A stretch of 61,797 bases of DNA, filler included, from Dimargaris cristalligena (lineage: Eukaryota), in assembly GCA_003614675.1 (NCBI GenBank). It is 3 parts of 3 records of this genome, joined end to end, with 100 filler letters (N's around TTAATTAATTAA, not from the genome) between each part and the next. Parts side by side here need not be neighbours in the genome. Positions count along the whole stretch, not along the records: positions 41,287 to 61,797 come from ML002696.1; 2 more parts are not named here. One strand, written 5' to 3'. The number at the start of each line of letters is the position of its first letter. Within the stretch, counting starts at the first letter, position 1. Below are positions 60,301 to 61,797 of the stretch, piece by piece. Both the position numbers and the translations under genes were made by a program. The notes beneath the pieces are model-generated. The model had not been told where the DNA came from. It did no database searches and saw nothing but the letters and a program-made list of their open reading frames with translations.

Positions 60301-61298
60301 AGCGACCTTCAATATCGCCGCTGAACCATACAACGTGGAAGTGCGTGGTCCAGGGGAGCTACATGGACGGGGAGGCCAGGCCCGATATAATCGTTTCCCA
60401 TAATGACGGGGGAGGGGGTGGTCAACCCTCTGGTATGCATGTCTCCTTGGCGGGGCTGCGCTGCTATATTCTACTGGCGGTGTGGAGAGGGCCGGACCTT
60501 TGTGGTCTTCCCCTCCTGAACTGACTGTAATCTATAAAAAAATCCGGCAAAGGCCTCATAGCCGGCTGCACGCCAAGGCCAGACCAGGATTAACGGCGGC
60601 CACCCCGAATGCCCTCGAGGACGGATGCCGCCTTACTATTGTCCGGGCCGGCCCAATCCCAGCACCAAAGAGACTTGCCGCCGCCCGCTTTTGCCTCAGC
60701 CTCGAAGAGGCCCCGCGCTGAAAGAGATGGGGCAAGCCCCCCTCACCTGACTCAACCCCGCCCTTTCGGAGAGCTGTTCACCTGGCCACGCCTTCCGGCT
60801 CTTCCTTCTCGTTATTACGAATGAGGAGGAAGGCGGTAAGCGGGGTTAACTTACTTCAGATTCAATGTCCTAATAATAATGCTAAGTGGAGGCAATGGGA
60901 GCGGTCTGTGCAACACCCAGAATGTTGGTGATGGTCCAAACCCAGTGGTCTCGTGTGTGACACGGCTATGGCGGAACTGACTGCAGCGCATATTCAGTCG
61001 CCGAGGCCGTGGCTGCAGCCCTTCAACAGCCGACGAAGCGATCTGTGGCTGGGTTAGTTGTCTGACTTGCTGAGCGCTCATGGTCCAGGCAAAAAACCAC
61101 CTACTCCGGGGCGGTGTGTGATGGCGATGGATGTCCCCTGAACCCTTTCCTCCATCCCAGCAGGCTCATTGGGGCCGCCTCGTGCCGGCTTCGGAGTATT
61201 GCTACTGGGATGTTTTCATTCGCCACCTCCGCCGCATAAAATAATGTCCCTCTATGCGCATATAGCCTGGCCGCCCCCCGCTTCATCCGGCCATCCAT

Positions 61299-61310
61299 TA
61301 TATATATAAG
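61299..61310 (+). promoter_or_regulatory. TATA box in a GC-rich promoter
   Basis: TATATATATAAG followed by a pyrimidine-rich leader with (CA)n/(CT)n repeats at ~61372-61412 and an ATG at 61539. Confidence 0.55.
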
Positions 61311-61538
61311 GTCCCCCGCCGCCCCTCCCCTCGGAATCCCAGACCAACCTCCGCCTCCGCTGTTTTTTTATCTCACTCACACACACACACACACTCTCTC
61401 TCTCTCTCTCTCCCCCCGCACACGAGACTCGCCTGGCTCTTTTGACTGGATACCCTTTATTAACACCCCCCCTCCCTTATTCCCACCCAACTATCCCTTC
61501 CGCCCGTATCTTCTTTGCTTTTGTCTAGTATTAGTACC

Positions 61539-61797
61539 ATGGCTTTCCAGTACAGCACCAACTACTACACTCCCGATATTCTGGCCGAACGCCTGGGTTC
61601 CATGTTTGTATCCTCGCCCGCCCACGCCGCCGTTACTCCCGACACCCTCTACACCTCCGGTCATAATGCCGAGGGGTTCGCCCCATACCAGGTTGACGAT
61701 TCCCTCCCCGAGTCCTACAGCCCTCGTCGTCGTCGTAACGGCATGTGTGACCTCAACGACTCCGTCCGTAACTTCTTCGCTGCCGGTGCCTCCGACT
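61539..61797 (+). CDS. Hypothetical protein, N-terminal part (runs off window end)
   Basis: ACCATGG context; open frame MAFQYSTNYYTPDILAERLGSMFVSSPAHAAVTPDTLY..PRRRRNGMCDLNDSVRNFFAAGASD with mostly C/T-ending codons. Confidence 0.65.
   Translation, partial: MAFQYSTNYYTPDILAERLGSMFVSSPAHAAVTPDTLYTSGHNAEGFAPYQVDDSLPESYSPRRRRNGMCDLNDSVRNFFAAGASD

Noticed and set aside
1-61797. CRISPR arrays, rRNA genes, intact transposase/RT/integrase ORFs, selenoprotein TGA readthrough
   Set aside because: None seen on either strand.

Overview
Eukaryotic, intron-rich fungal genomic DNA read with the standard code (GT-AG introns, canonical eRF1). Retention of WDR91 and a Greatwall-like kinase suggests an early-diverging, non-Dikarya fungus; the style resembles Zoopagomycota such as Dimargaris, but I cannot verify this. 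Two artificial 100-bp spacers (44 N + TTAATTAATTAA + 44 N) split the window into three pieces, so adjacency across them is unproven. Recognisable genes: Cdc1/MPPE1 metallophosphoesterase, 12-exon WDR91, DNAJC3/P58IPK-like co-chaperone, proteasome beta-1, complex I NUUM/NDUFC1-like subunit (missed by the ORF track), eRF1, a mitochondrial PPR protein, a TLC-domain protein, ADE8, seipin, eIF1A, partial eIF3d, a Greatwall/Rim15/Cek1-type kinase split by a frameshift, a KH-like protein, PIG-U/GAB1, three orphan genes and two tRNA genes. Most interesting signals: (1) LTR-like termini 14 and 18 nt upstream of the two tRNA genes, suggesting a Ty3-like tRNA-targeting retroelement; (2) sharply bounded, almost CpG-free repeat islands with transition-dominated decay; (3) the kinase frameshift at a G7 run; (4) two speculative telomerase-RNA-like loci. 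No new biological system is demonstrated; these are testable hypotheses.
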